Notes: generated from the letters alone by a model not told the origin. A stretch of DNA of 64,000 bases from Caldilineaceae bacterium (GCA_034432375.1 DAOUCA010000171.1:1-64000), one strand, 5' to 3'; numbered from the stretch's first letter, positions 1-11,586 are shown. Translations and numbers: made by a program.

Positions 1-25
1 CTTGTTTTGGCGGAAATTTCCAGAT

Positions 26-94
26 GTCATTCCTGCGCAGGCAGGAATCTACTCGTGTAACATGAAGATGGATTCCTGCCTGCGCAGGAATGAC
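26..94. repeat. REP-like palindromic hairpin pair: GTCATTCCTGCGCAGGCAGGAATC at 26-49 and its inverted copy GATTCCTGCCTGCGCAGGAATGAC at 71-94
   Basis: Each unit is an 8-bp stem (ATTCCTGC/GCAGGAAT) with a 4-nt loop. The same unit recurs at 38855-38878 and as a pair at 60501-60565. Confidence 0.7.
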
Positions 95-165
95 GGCTCT
101 AATTTCTGAAATTGGCGAAGGTATTGATGTTGTCACTGAGTTACAACAGCGTATTCGACCTACTT

Positions 166-3100
166 CTATTCTGACCCTTGCACCAGCGGCAAGAATATCT
201 GATTAGAGAGTACCGTTGGTGTCTCCGCTACGTTCGCTTCCACTTGCTCAGGTTCACTATCCACAAGTTCTGACGCAGAAGAGTCGTCATCACTGTGGTC
301 CGTCTCAGCTGCCTGGGCAGCAACGACCGTATCGCCGGCAATCAATGGCAAGTACAGCTGATGGCCGAGCGATAGAGCGTCAACAACCGAGGCTTCTGTG
401 GCAACACTCTCTACCTGTGCAGCTTGGCCGCGCCCGTTCCCCTTGCTGACAATCACCTGCACATTGCCGTTGTTGATGGGCATCTCGCTGCCATTGTCAT
501 AGATGACCGTACCACCGGCATCCTGCCACCAGATGTATTGGCTTTCGTCCTCGGTCCAGATGCGCACACGTAAGGTGTCCGTATCGCCATCGGTAGCCCA
601 GAGCCAGAAATGGTAGGGATTGCCGTTGGCGTCCATCTGGCCGTTGATCGTGCCGATGCCCTTGGCCATGGCCGTGTCGACGGGGTAGACGATGAGCCAC
701 TCATAGTCCGTAGCGATAAAGTCCATGCCGGCTGCCGGCAGACCAAAGCGGAAGTTGCCCTTGGGCTGGGTGGCGTTCTTCTGGTAGTCGACCGGCAGGT
801 TGAAGTCGGCCAGACCGCTGATGCTTTCGTCGAGCTTGTAGGCACTGGCGGGCGAATCGATCTTGCCACCGCCGGCCATCTTGCCCGCATCCGGGTCGTA
901 GACGACCACGTCGAAGGGCACAGTAAAGGCAACCAGCGAACTGCCATTCTCCGTGACATTGAGCGTTGCCGCATAGATGCCAGCGGCACTATAGACGTGG
1001 CTACCACTGATGGCACCGCTCGCCGCATCGACCGTGGCCAGCGAAGTTGTGCCGTCACCCCAGAGCCACGACGCCATATGGATTGCGGCGTCGTAGGCCG
1101 GATAGACGGTGCTCAGCTCAATCGACGTGTTCACTAACTGCAATGCCGAGTAGACGCTGACCGATGTGCCGTTTGCCTCTACCGCAGCAGCGACAACTTC
1201 GTCGCTGGCGGTGTCAATCTGCATTGCGGCAACCTGCACCGTAGCAGCTTGCGCACCGCTCGCGCCCGTTTCAAGGACGGAGATCTCTGAGACCACAGTG
1301 GTGCAATGGCCGTAAAGGTCGCAAGCGCTCATGGACGGACTCGGTTCTACAACAACCATCTCCTGCGAAGTAGTCAACTGAACGATCATTTGAGAATCAG
1401 TGATGCGCTCGGTGTACCAGGCCGCGTCTTGATAAGACACTGTGCGGTAGCTGTTGTCCACTGGGCACGCCCAACCCGTTTCGACCAGATGCTCATCGTC
1501 GGCTGTACAGCGCACCTGGGCATTGCGATAGTCGGCATTGGGCACGTACGCGAAGGTCACACGCGGGGCGACGGTATCGATGACGCCGGCCCATGCTTCC
1601 TGGACGATGCGGCTGTTGCCGAGGCCGTCGGTAACCTGAAGGTCTACTTTGTACGGTCCTTCCAGTTCATCGTCCAGCGTATAACTCCACGTCGTGAAGT
1701 TACTGCTAGTATCGGCAACGGTGGCATCGACCCAGGGAGTGACTTCGCCGTCGAGGTGGCTAAAGCGAATCTGGGTCTGAGCAATCCCGACAGCAAGCGG
1801 GTTGGCGATGTTGTAGATTTCGCTGTCGCTCAAGGCTCGGCCGTAGAGGGCAACTTCATCAATTGCACCGTGGAAGAAGTTGGCGGCTGACTTCGCTCTG
1901 CCGATCAGCACAGCACCGAGACTACTCTCCATGACTTTGTCCCTACTGATCGACAGCTTGCCATTCAGATAAAGCTTGACCGTTGTGCCATCGTAGGTGA
2001 CGGCGGCATGCTGCCACGTATTATCCGTCACATAGGCATTTTGCATGCCGGTTCCGCCGAGGAAGGTGCCCAATTGGCCATTGGGCAACACATAGAGCCA
2101 GGAGCGTCCGGGGCCGCTGCCATCCATCTGTTGCAGGATATTGCGCTGCGTTGGATGTGAAGTCACATTGAACCAGGCCATGGCGGTGAAAGGTCCGTTT
2201 GCCGGATCCAGCACATACGGCATGGTCAGGTAATCATTCGTGCCATCAAACTGCAGCGCGCTACCGAATGGCCCGCCAACACCGGCGACTGGACAGCTAT
2301 CTTGCTCTGAGCTTGTCGAAGGGTTACAGGTTGCGGTCAGCCGCTCCGCTGACGTGCTGCTGTTGCCGGCATAGATCGAGCCGTTAACGAACGCATTTGC
2401 ACCGGCGGCCTCCTCGAAGTGCAGATGGACCAGGCGACTGCTGTTCACGGGGTAGGGTACGTCGCTGACAATACCCGATAGAACCGTCCCCGTCTGTGTG
2501 ATCAGTTGGCTTGTCGTGGGAAGATCGGCGTAGGGTGCGATGCCGTCAAGTTGTACGCCTGGGAAGAGTTCATCGGTCTCATTGCCCGCGGCGTCTCTCC
2601 CCCAGACCCGTACCGTATACGCGCCATAGGGTGCACTGTCGAAGGGCTGAGTCGCTAGCCACTTTGTGCCCCCAACGGTGGCCGTAATCACAGCGCTGAC
2701 GGGCTGCTGCAATGCATCGCTCAGTTGCATGGAGACCGAATTGGCCACGATGCCACTTTGGCTGTCGCTGACCGTACCACGAATAACCAACTGTTCACTT
2801 GCTTGCGTGATTCCGCTAGTCAATGTCGAGTTCACCGTTACGAGCGGTGCTGTTCCATCGATCTTGAGCGTAAAGATTTGTGAATTAGCTACGTTACCAA
2901 CCCGATCGGTGGCACCCACTGCCAGATTCAGCGTCCCACCAGACAAGGTCGCTGGCAGGGTGATACACCAACAACCATCGAATTCAGGGTTGTAGACCAC
3001 TGAGGAGCCGGCATCATTGAAGAGGACTTGGACTTTGGCAATGCCGGAGGCTACACCGTTGACAGTTGGGTCATCAATGGCAAAGGCAATGACCTGACCA

Positions 3101-6100
3101 GGCGCAACATAGTCCAGACTGTAGTCGAGGGCGACGGTAGGCGCAACGGCATCGACCAGAATCTGGTGTTGCTCTTTGACGTCGAACCAACTGCTCTGGT
3201 AATCATAGAGGGCAGCGACTTCGGATTGACGTAAAGCACCCTTTTGAATGGTAATCTCATCCAGATTACCGCTAAAGACCTTCCCGATTTGGACCGGGGC
3301 GGTATTGTGACAGGGGGCGGTGACATTCAGCACAGAATTATCCAGCGCACCGTTGATGTAGAGCCGTGCCTGGGTGCCATCGTAGGTCATGACAACGTGG
3401 TTCCACTGGTTTTGAAGCAACGCGCCTTCGCTATCCACATATTTTAAGGCCGTGCAACCGCTGACGATACTATAGGTGACCTTTAGGGAGTTGGATTGTA
3501 GGAGGATAGCGTAATTTCGATTGATCGTCGTCGACGATTTGTCTAAAAGCACCTGACCGCCCTTACGCACTTGGGTCGGCTTGACCCAAAGCGCAATGGT
3601 GAACTCGTCGAGGTCCAGGTCATCACTATCCGCCACGTCGATGAGATCGTCGCCATCGAAGACCGCGGCCTCACGCATCTGTCCCTTGTCACCAGCGCCA
3701 GGACAGCTATCGCCAGAACAGGTGCCAGCCGCGGCATTGGGCGAATCGTTGACGTAGGTGGTCGTGCCCAGATCCTCGTCCAGGTGAAGGTTGAGCAGTG
3801 GTGCCTCGTCCATCATGGCTTGGATGCCGGCTTTGTCCATGGCAGATCGGACCACGCGCAGGTCGTCGATAAGCCCATCAAAGACTTCGCTGCGCGCTTG
3901 CGAGCCGGCAACCGTGGTTGCACCGATGAGGTAGGCGTCATCGGGATTGGGCTGAGCCGGTGCCGTGCCTGCCACTGTCTGGATAAACTGGCCGTTGACG
4001 TAGAAGTGGGCGTCGTTGTTGGCGTCGAAGCTGACAGCGACGTGACTCCATTGACCGGCGGGAATGTTGGAAGCGGTGCTGCGATAGTCTTTCACCCCAA
4101 AGGTGGTGAAGAGGAGATTGCCGTCTCTTACGCCAAAGCCGACGCCGTTGGCGCTGTTGGTGCGGCCGGCGGCTAGGATGCGGCGCACGCCATTTACGAC
4201 ATCGGGTTTGACCCACGCCATGATGGTGAAGTTGCGTTCGCTCAACCCCAAGTCCGCTTCACTCGCTGACAAAGAGAGGTAATCGGCGACGCCATCGTTG
4301 CCGTCGTCGTCGGCCACACCGCCGTCGAAGCGCAGCGCCTGGTTGGCGCGGCCAGGGATGCCGCTGTCGGGACAACTGGTGCCTGCGCAGGTTGCTTCAA
4401 GGTAGTTGCCCGCGCTGTCGATGAAGCGGGTCTGACCCGGCGCCTCATCCATCGTCATTTTCAGCGTCACCGCCCGATCTTGATAGAAGGCAAGGGCTGA
4501 CTCGGGCGACAGGGCATAGGCGTGCATGTTGAAGTCTTTGAGATCGCCGTCAAAGAAGTCGTTGGAGAGCGACCAGTAGAGTGTCCCTTTGTCAGGTACC
4601 ACAACGCCACTACTGAATCCCGTTTCGAAGATACCCAGCGGGTTTCTGTTGCCCAATGACGTTCTATAGAGATACTCATTTTCGTTGTCATTGCCATAAT
4701 CACAGTCATCCTTATTGCCGTCATCTTCATGCAGGCGGAACCAATGGCGTTTTAAATCGTCACCCTCTGTATCGTCAGCGATTCGCTTGAGCGTGAACGG
4801 GTAAATATGGGCGGTATTGCTGTCTGAAATCTGGACATTGAAGTCGTGCCAGATGCGCCCGGTGCCATCACCATCCTCGTCAAAGTTGAGACAGAGCTCA
4901 GCTTTATCCCCGGGATCACGCAAATCGGTGAAATCCGCGTCATTAAAGTAGAAATAGCCATAGGTATTGGGGCGTCCGATCTGGATTGTGTCCCATGTGC
5001 TAAAGTTCGTGGCTGGGTTTACATCGGAACAGCTATTGACTGAACCGCGGTCAACTTCGATGCCGTTGATATAGAGGACAAGGGTGCCACTTGTCGCGGT
5101 ATCTCTAGCGTAGGTGACAGTGACGAACTGGGGTGCGCCATCATAATTGATAAGATTGGGCGTCGACGTAAAGATGCAAGGAGCTGCACTGCTGCCCCAG
5201 ACCATGCGTAGCCGACCAGCATCACTGACAAACATTGAGGGGTAGATCTTGTCGCCACTTGCCTGGCCAAAGAGACCCTGCCAATCCTGTTCAGTATCGT
5301 GGGTGGCAAGGGTATATTGGTCAGTTGTCTGAGTAAAGTTGTCGACTACCGGTCGTGTATCAAACTCGTATGTCCGCGTATGTGGGGCCATCAAGATCGA
5401 GAAGCTGAACGCATCACCAGTCAGGGCGAGCGCGCTATCGGATACTTGCACATTGGTCTTTTGGTCAAAGGTCGCGCCCGTGTTTGGATCAACCGTGGGG
5501 CAGCGGGAACCGACACAAGCAACATTGTCGGTATTACTTGCGTTTGGATCGTCGGTTAGCGCCACATTGACCCTGGCCGCATTGGCCAGATCGCGGATGG
5601 TTGCAGCGTCTAGCGTTTCCGCATAAATTTTTAGATCATCGATACCACCGTAACCACCCATAGTGAGAGTGCTGCCGGTTGGTGCTGTATTCAGCGTACC
5701 AGAAGCCAGCAACAGACCACTTATATAGAGTTGCGCTGTTTTGTCGACCGCATTATACGTGAAAGCAACATGTGTCCAAGAGGAATCCCACCACGAATAT
5801 ACGCCAGAGGCAATGTTACCTGGATAGATAGGATCGACCGCGTACATGACTATCTGCGCGCCTTCCAAAATCCTGATAATTGGGCCATCGGCTACAATCT
5901 TGAAATCACCCAATTCAAAGACCAAAAGATCTGGATCTGGATAGGTACTTGGATCGACCAGTGCTGCAATCGTCAAGCTGCCAAGTGTGTTCAGTGCTGC
6001 ATCTGTACCCTGGATATAGGTGTCGTTAAACGTCAGCGATCTGCCATTCGCGGTTGGGCAGCCATTATTGACACAGACAAAATCGTCGTTGTGCGGGATG

Positions 6101-9100
6101 GTGATGTCACGGAAGCTGGTTGCCCCGGCCGCTTCGCTCATGCTCAGGTGAACCAACGCATCCGATTCTGGCACAATCACGGCCCCGGCGCGCAGCGTCA
6201 TGCTGGTGACCAGGCTGCTGTTGACGTCGACGACAAGTGAACCGTTCATCTCGACTGATTCCTGCGGTCCCAGCACGCCGCCGTCGGCAAAGACGCGCGT
6301 CTCCTGTACGACATCGACGGGGAACTCGGATTGGAGCAGACCACGAGCATAACGATTGCGCAGGTCGTTCTGAATGGTGGCGCTGTAGTCGATGGTGTCG
6401 CCCGGCTTGACGTAGGGCGCCGCAGCGCTGCTGGGCGCAATCGAGGTATCGAGCGCAAGCACCTGGAGGGATGAGGGAACCTGTGGATTGTAGCCGTAGA
6501 CAAACTCCTTGCGGTCGGAGATGCCGTCGTCATCACTGTCCGGATCGGTTGGGTCGGCGTTCACCCAGAAATGCAGGGGTTTGTCGTTGGCATCATAGTC
6601 GTAAACGACCTCCCAACCGCCAACATAACTGCCGTTGACAACGGGAATGCTCTCGACATTCGCCGGCACACAAGCGGGTGCCACGGCATTGGAGGAATCA
6701 CCATTCTCATAGGGGCTTTTGCGGTTGGGATGGAGCCGTTCGGCGCTGTCAAAGAGACCGTCGTTGTCGCTGTCGGCGCTGTAGGGATTGGTGTTGTAGA
6801 GCAGTTCCCAGTAATCGGTCAGCCCATCACAGTCACCGTCGGCCGCCTCGGCATCAAAGCCAATGCTCTTTTCAAAGTAGTCGCTCAAGCCGTCGCCATC
6901 ACTGTCGGGCTGGCTGTCGTTGGGGTCGATGCCACCGACGGCCTTGCTCAGTAAGCCGTCGTTGTCGGCGTCGGCAATCACGGGGAAGCGTTGATCCCAG
7001 GCCAGCCGATAGCTGTTGTCACTCGATTCGGCAAGCGTGTGGAAACCGGACTTTGCACCCACGGCATTGAGTGTAGCTGGGAAGACATCGAAAACGAGAG
7101 AGTTACCCAAATCGTTGTGAAAACTATCTTCATATTCCTGCAACCAGCAGACCGGAATCAGCGGCGGTGTCAAAGCCGGATTAGGGAGCAGCCAGCAGCT
7201 TTGTGCCTCCATGGCAAAGCTCTCGCTGAGATAAGCCTGCTGGGACTGATTGATCCCTGGCCCTTTAAGCGTGATAGAAGTGGATGGATTGAAAGTTTGA
7301 TAGAAGCGTTCGCCATCCGGCACACCGTCGAGACCATAGCTGCTCTTGCGCCCAGGCGTTGCATTCCAGGTGGTGCCACCGCGGTCCAACGATACATCCT
7401 TGGGCTCCGGCTGGAAGCGATAGTCAAAGGTTGTATTATCCAGGTAGCTGTCGTCAAGTTGCCAGTTGTAGATGTAGCCCATCCAGTTTGGCGTGTTGGC
7501 ATAGAGCGCCGATGTAATGACGCCACTCAGTAGCAGTTCGTTGCCGGTAACGATGCCGGCCTTGCCAGATGTAGGCGTAAAGAGCGGGGTTGCCAGCGAG
7601 ATGTCAAGACGATCTTTGTTTTCTAGATCCACTAACGGTGTAAAGTCATGAATCACATAAGTGAGTGCTACCGTAAAAGCTTGTGTCAACCCACCACAGA
7701 CCCAGGTATCGACCTCAGGGTTGATCTCTTCGCCGGAAGCCCTGGCAATGGAACAACCTAAGCCAATCAGCCCATCAATGATACCGAGCGCGCCCATGAG
7801 CACTTGCCCACCTGGAACCAGGGTAATCCCCGCCACGATACCACTGACAATAAGGCCGGCAACCTGATCCGCCAGGAGACTCTCAAAGGCTGGGGAGCCG
7901 GCTGTAAAGCTGCCAGTACCCAGTGCAACGCTAATGGTAACACCCGCCATCGCGGTGGAAGTAACCAGCCCGAATACTGCCGCGCCCTTCCAACTTCTCT
8001 TGATCTTTTGGACACCCTTGGTCGCTTTGGGCAGCGTTTTGCCAGGGCTTGCCGCAAGTTTCTCAGATACTTTAAGAAATTCGCGGTAGTTAAAGATATA
8101 CTTATACTGGAGCGCCGAGCTTACGGCCAACAGCGTACTCGTTCCGGCCAATGCAACCGTATAGCCGGCAACGCCTACTTCTTGAAGCTGTGGTCGTAAA
8201 AATCCGGTAAGACTCTTGGACATCGATTGACTCACATAGACCATCGCCACATTGTAATTAATGTCCGCTGTAGCAATGGGCAGGCTATATTGGGTGAGTT
8301 CGAGCAGCGCCTGTCCTGTCGCGGAATCTGTACTGCCTGTTGCCACCGACCCAATGGCATCGAGGGTGGCTGAGGACGATGCCCCCAGCAGTGCCCAAAT
8401 GGCATTGGCGACCGCGTCCGTCTCGTTGCTAACTGTGGTGATGGTCACATTATCCAGGCTGCTGCGCGTGTAGAAGGTCTGCGTCTCAGCCAACAGCGTG
8501 CTTACAATCGTGAGGGCCGGCTCGGTCGTCAGTTGATAGCGGGTGTTATCCAGATCGGTGACACCGAGCGCTTCGCCATCGATGACCAATTGCGCAGCTG
8601 TGCCGGAGAGCAGCGCCTGATAGTACCCTGTGAGCAAAAGGAGGGCACCGGCGCGCGCAGTCTCGACATCGATAAGCGGATCCGTGTTCAGGCTCTGCAA
8701 GCGGGCCTCGGTGTAGAATGCCTCCCAGTTGGGGGCCACCGCCTGCACATAGCTGGTTGAATCGATATCGACCCAACCCTCGCTCTGACTGTAGAGATAA
8801 GGCTTGAGTACCATGCTGCCAACAGTATCAAGCGCAACACCTGCCGCTGGATCAGCGAAGGTGATCTGCAATTGATTGTTGGTCATGGTCGCATCGCTGA
8901 AGGAGGCGCTGCGCTGGCTAGATTCACTCACCACCAGCAGATTGCCAACGGTGCTGTCGGCCGGTGACGCGCCATAAACGTCGGTGAGAATCTGATCCAT
9001 CTGTTCGCCATTGAGCGTAGCAACCACGTCCACCTCATTGGCTAAGTTCACGGCGCGCTCATCAACCACCAACGCGCCGGCGGGAATCCCCCAGTCGGTC

Positions 9101-11586
9101 AAGCTGTTTTTGATATCCGCAACCGTGAAGCGATTGCCGTCAGCCTTGCGCTCGCCTTCCATAAAGACATTGTTCAGGACGTCGGCGAGATGCAGCAGAT
9201 AGTTGTCATAGTTGGCATTGCCACCAGTCACGTTGTGTGCCTGACCGATGACTACGCTACTGGCACCATGTGCCTCATCCACGCTCAGACCGGTCAACAT
9301 AAAGTCGTCGTAGTAGCTTTCAACGACGATGGTGTTGCTGGTCCAAACATCGTCGACCAGTTCGTCGGTCTGCATGGTGACTGCCCAAAGCAACTTGATG
9401 GTGTGCGCTGCCCCCCAAGTAGCTGCGTTCTGCTGATAGGGAATACGCGCGCTCAGCGCCACTGGGGCATAACCGATGGGATCTTCAACCTGGGTGACGG
9501 GCACATAGAGCCAAATGGAACTGTCATGCTTGTCCAACGAAGCCGTGATGCCATACTCATCCAATGTCGCCGTGTCAAGCCACTCTTCTAGTGGGGTCGT
9601 GGCCGCGATGCTCTGCACATCAACACCGGTGGCGACAGGAAGGCTGCGCGCCGGGTTGGCCGCGTCGAAAGGAATGTTGATCTCCAACATGGGTGAGAGC
9701 AACATGTCGCCGTTACCCTTGTCAAATGTATCGTTGGTCATGCGTTTGATCTGCCCGGCATCATCGGTACCCGGCCAGTTGAGCACATTGTTGACATACC
9801 AAAGGTTGCGGGCGTCGGTGGGGCGAATCTGGAGGTCGACAACTGTATCCTGACCGGCAACCACATTGTCCAACGTCAAGCCAAACTGCCCGTCGGCAAC
9901 CGTTTCGACATTCTGCGGGGAGAGATCGGCGCTGTCCGGCACGCCGTCGCCGTCGTTGTCAAAGTCATAGACATCGGGTGCGCCGTCGCCGTCGGTGTCG
10001 CGGCAGTTGCCCGGCGTTACCGCGGGATCGATCACGCCATCGGTCTGCATGTCGTGCCGTTCGGGGCATTCAAGCAGGTCGATCATGCCATCGCCATTGC
10101 TGTCCGGGTTGCGCGGGTCCAGATACCAGATCTGGCCATTCACGGTAAAGGGCAATACTTCAGTGCGGTCGCTAATGCCGTCGTCATCGCTGTCGGCATC
10201 GTCGATCCAGGTGCCCAATTCATAGAGTTCGACGCTATCCAGCAGACCATCGTTGTCACAGTCGGTGCTCTCGGTGGGCGTCGGGCAGTCGGTTGTTGTC
10301 TGTGCGCTCTGTTGGCTTGCGGCGGCGCTGGTTGTAACGGTTGACAATGTTGCATTGGTGGGATGGTTGGTCAGCGCAACATTGTCGGTCGTGCGCTCTA
10401 GTTGGCTTTCATGGGGGTTGAATTCCTGCGCAGAGAGGTCCGCCAGTTCATTCGTCTCATTCGCTGGCGTCACCGATGCCTGGTCGGCGTGACGATCGTA
10501 AAAGGCGCTGGCCTGTTGCGTCTGCAGCAGCGGTGCCACGACCATCGCCAAAATCACGGCCACCACCAACGGCACGCGCACAAACTGGGCGCGCCGATGG
10601 GTGATGGTCAACAGCACAAAGGCCAACAGCAGGAAGAGCAAGCCCAACGTATAGCCCAATTGTTGCAGCGCGGCGCGGGAGAGCCCCAAGCTTTGGGTTA
10701 GAGCGGTGAATGCCTGGGTGGGCTGCTGCCAGATTGTCGCAACGGAGATGCCTGGCTGGGTCGCCCACCCGCTGAAATCGGTGGTGATCGCGGTTTCTAC
10801 CCACTCCTTGGCATAGCTGCGGGGCGGAAAGCGCAGATGAACGATTTGACGAACGGGGAATCCGTCACTGTTCACCCAGAGTTCGCCCTCGCCCGTCATC
10901 TCCACAAACTGCTGTGCTAACCCAAGTGTAATACCGGTGGGCAGATCGCCTTTGCGCCGCAACTCTTCTTCCAGGTTACGTCGCATAAATTCAGCATAGC
11001 GCGGCCCATCAATTTGAAAGGCGTAGCGGATCATCGCGGCCGAAAGCTGATCCGGCAGCAACGCGGAGGGGAAGAGCGTTTCTTCACTTCCTGTCCCAGC
11101 GTCGGGCGCGATCACGCGCACATTCTCGATGGCCGACAGGTAGCCCAATGGATCACCGCTCGGCGCAAAGAGATCGGTGACCTCATCAACGGTCTGCCAT
11201 TCGGCATCAGGCATCAGGCGTCCCTCTGCCACACCGTCGGCAATTCTGATCTCCATTGGCGCTTGGTTCGGCAGTTGCAATTGGAGGTGCATGGTTTCCT
11301 GTCGCGTATCCAACTGCCCTGATACCGCCATCTGCTGTGTGCGGGGCGCACGACCGACGGTATCGAGCCGTGCGACGGGGTTGATTGTCTGCGCGATATT
11401 GCTCTTATAAGTGTAGCGCCCTGCCGTGCCGGCCGCTTTCCAGATCTGCTGCAACGTCTGCGCCGGCGTTTGGGGGAGCGCCGCGGCGATGGTCGTGCGC
11501 ATGGTATAGGTGCCGGCGAGAGCCACGATACCCAGCACCATGAGCGCTAAATACAAGATGGTTGTCTGTTTGGTTCTCTGTTTCAT
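166..11586 (-). CDS. Giant membrane-anchored surface/adhesin protein (~3806 aa) with thrombospondin type-3 repeats, at least five LamG/ConA-like lectin domains and Ig-like domains; C-terminal tail ...QIFLPLVQGSE
   Basis: A continuous 11.5-kb ORF. I trimmed the start to the ATG at 11586 (MKQRTKQTTILYLALMVLGIVALAG, an N-terminal TM anchor), which is preceded by the RBS GAAAGAGGAA. TSP3 motifs include DxDxDGxxDxxE repeats (e.g. DCDNDGLLDSVE, DTDGDGAPDVYDFDNDGDGVPD). LamG_3 signatures are FTIMAWVKP, FTIALWVKP, FTAMAWFNV and ...VTYDGT..LYINGAL. Confidence 0.85.
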   Translation of the reverse strand: MKQRTKQTTILYLALMVLGIVALAGTYTMRTTIAAALPQTPAQTLQQIWKAAGTAGRYTYKSNIAQTINPVARLDTVGRAPRTQQMAVSGQLDTRQETMHLQLQLPNQAPMEIRIADGVAEGRLMPDAEWQTVDEVTDLFAPSGDPLGYLSAIENVRVIAPDAGTGSEETLFPSALLPDQLSAAMIRYAFQIDGPRYAEFMRRNLEEELRRKGDLPTGITLGLAQQFVEMTGEGELWVNSDGFPVRQIVHLRFPPRSYAKEWVETAITTDFSGWATQPGISVATIWQQPTQAFTALTQSLGLSRAALQQLGYTLGLLFLLLAFVLLTITHRRAQFVRVPLVVAVILAMVVAPLLQTQQASAFYDRHADQASVTPANETNELADLSAQEFNPHESQLERTTDNVALTNHPTNATLSTVTTSAAASQQSAQTTTDCPTPTESTDCDNDGLLDSVELYELGTWIDDADSDDDGISDRTEVLPFTVNGQIWYLDPRNPDSNGDGMIDLLECPERHDMQTDGVIDPAVTPGNCRDTDGDGAPDVYDFDNDGDGVPDSADLSPQNVETVADGQFGLTLDNVVAGQDTVVDLQIRPTDARNLWYVNNVLNWPGTDDAGQIKRMTNDTFDKGNGDMLLSPMLEINIPFDAANPARSLPVATGVDVQSIAATTPLEEWLDTATLDEYGITASLDKHDSSIWLYVPVTQVEDPIGYAPVALSARIPYQQNAATWGAAHTIKLLWAVTMQTDELVDDVWTSNTIVVESYYDDFMLTGLSVDEAHGASSVVIGQAHNVTGGNANYDNYLLHLADVLNNVFMEGERKADGNRFTVADIKNSLTDWGIPAGALVVDERAVNLANEVDVVATLNGEQMDQILTDVYGASPADSTVGNLLVVSESSQRSASFSDATMTNNQLQITFADPAAGVALDTVGSMVLKPYLYSQSEGWVDIDSTSYVQAVAPNWEAFYTEARLQSLNTDPLIDVETARAGALLLLTGYYQALLSGTAAQLVIDGEALGVTDLDNTRYQLTTEPALTIVSTLLAETQTFYTRSSLDNVTITTVSNETDAVANAIWALLGASSSATLDAIGSVATGSTDSATGQALLELTQYSLPIATADINYNVAMVYVSQSMSKSLTGFLRPQLQEVGVAGYTVALAGTSTLLAVSSALQYKYIFNYREFLKVSEKLAASPGKTLPKATKGVQKIKRSWKGAAVFGLVTSTAMAGVTISVALGTGSFTAGSPAFESLLADQVAGLIVSGIVAGITLVPGGQVLMGALGIIDGLIGLGCSIARASGEEINPEVDTWVCGGLTQAFTVALTYVIHDFTPLVDLENKDRLDISLATPLFTPTSGKAGIVTGNELLLSGVITSALYANTPNWMGYIYNWQLDDSYLDNTTFDYRFQPEPKDVSLDRGGTTWNATPGRKSSYGLDGVPDGERFYQTFNPSTSITLKGPGINQSQQAYLSESFAMEAQSCWLLPNPALTPPLIPVCWLQEYEDSFHNDLGNSLVFDVFPATLNAVGAKSGFHTLAESSDNSYRLAWDQRFPVIADADNDGLLSKAVGGIDPNDSQPDSDGDGLSDYFEKSIGFDAEAADGDCDGLTDYWELLYNTNPYSADSDNDGLFDSAERLHPNRKSPYENGDSSNAVAPACVPANVESIPVVNGSYVGGWEVVYDYDANDKPLHFWVNADPTDPDSDDDGISDRKEFVYGYNPQVPSSLQVLALDTSIAPSSAAAPYVKPGDTIDYSATIQNDLRNRYARGLLQSEFPVDVVQETRVFADGGVLGPQESVEMNGSLVVDVNSSLVTSMTLRAGAVIVPESDALVHLSMSEAAGATSFRDITIPHNDDFVCVNNGCPTANGRSLTFNDTYIQGTDAALNTLGSLTIAALVDPSTYPDPDLLVFELGDFKIVADGPIIRILEGAQIVMYAVDPIYPGNIASGVYSWWDSSWTHVAFTYNAVDKTAQLYISGLLLASGTLNTAPTGSTLTMGGYGGIDDLKIYAETLDAATIRDLANAARVNVALTDDPNASNTDNVACVGSRCPTVDPNTGATFDQKTNVQVSDSALALTGDAFSFSILMAPHTRTYEFDTRPVVDNFTQTTDQYTLATHDTEQDWQGLFGQASGDKIYPSMFVSDAGRLRMVWGSSAAPCIFTSTPNLINYDGAPQFVTVTYARDTATSGTLVLYINGIEVDRGSVNSCSDVNPATNFSTWDTIQIGRPNTYGYFYFNDADFTDLRDPGDKAELCLNFDEDGDGTGRIWHDFNVQISDSNTAHIYPFTLKRIADDTEGDDLKRHWFRLHEDDGNKDDCDYGNDNENEYLYRTSLGNRNPLGIFETGFSSGVVVPDKGTLYWSLSNDFFDGDLKDFNMHAYALSPESALAFYQDRAVTLKMTMDEAPGQTRFIDSAGNYLEATCAGTSCPDSGIPGRANQALRFDGGVADDDGNDGVADYLSLSASEADLGLSERNFTIMAWVKPDVVNGVRRILAAGRTNSANGVGFGVRDGNLLFTTFGVKDYRSTASNIPAGQWSHVAVSFDANNDAHFYVNGQFIQTVAGTAPAQPNPDDAYLIGATTVAGSQARSEVFDGLIDDLRVVRSAMDKAGIQAMMDEAPLLNLHLDEDLGTTTYVNDSPNAAAGTCSGDSCPGAGDKGQMREAAVFDGDDLIDVADSDDLDLDEFTIALWVKPTQVRKGGQVLLDKSSTTINRNYAILLQSNSLKVTYSIVSGCTALKYVDSEGALLQNQWNHVVMTYDGTQARLYINGALDNSVLNVTAPCHNTAPVQIGKVFSGNLDEITIQKGALRQSEVAALYDYQSSWFDVKEQHQILVDAVAPTVALDYSLDYVAPGQVIAFAIDDPTVNGVASGIAKVQVLFNDAGSSVVYNPEFDGCWCITLPATLSGGTLNLAVGATDRVGNVANSQIFTLKIDGTAPLVTVNSTLTSGITQASEQLVIRGTVSDSQSGIVANSVSMQLSDALQQPVSAVITATVGGTKWLATQPFDSAPYGAYTVRVWGRDAAGNETDELFPGVQLDGIAPYADLPTTSQLITQTGTVLSGIVSDVPYPVNSSRLVHLHFEEAAGANAFVNGSIYAGNSSTSAERLTATCNPSTSSEQDSCPVAGVGGPFGSALQFDGTNDYLTMPYVLDPANGPFTAMAWFNVTSHPTQRNILQQMDGSGPGRSWLYVLPNGQLGTFLGGTGMQNAYVTDNTWQHAAVTYDGTTVKLYLNGKLSISRDKVMESSLGAVLIGRAKSAANFFHGAIDEVALYGRALSDSEIYNIANPLAVGIAQTQIRFSHLDGEVTPWVDATVADTSSNFTTWSYTLDDELEGPYKVDLQVTDGLGNSRIVQEAWAGVIDTVAPRVTFAYVPNADYRNAQVRCTADDEHLVETGWACPVDNSYRTVSYQDAAWYTERITDSQMIVQLTTSQEMVVVEPSPSMSACDLYGHCTTVVSEISVLETGASGAQAATVQVAAMQIDTASDEVVAAAVEANGTSVSVYSALQLVNTSIELSTVYPAYDAAIHMASWLWGDGTTSLATVDAASGAISGSHVYSAAGIYAATLNVTENGSSLVAFTVPFDVVVYDPDAGKMAGGGKIDSPASAYKLDESISGLADFNLPVDYQKNATQPKGNFRFGLPAAGMDFIATDYEWLIVYPVDTAMAKGIGTINGQMDANGNPYHFWLWATDGDTDTLRVRIWTEDESQYIWWQDAGGTVIYDNGSEMPINNGNVQVIVSKGNGRGQAAQVESVATEASVVDALSLGHQLYLPLIAGDTVVAAQAAETDHSDDDSSASELVDSEPEQVEANVAETPTVLSNQIFLPLVQGSE

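Noticed and set aside
216-11410. About 40 plus-strand ORFs (60-200 aa) inside 166-11688
   Set aside because: All are antisense to the continuous 11.5-kb giant-protein ORF, with no RBS or domain signal. They are GC-rich frame artefacts.
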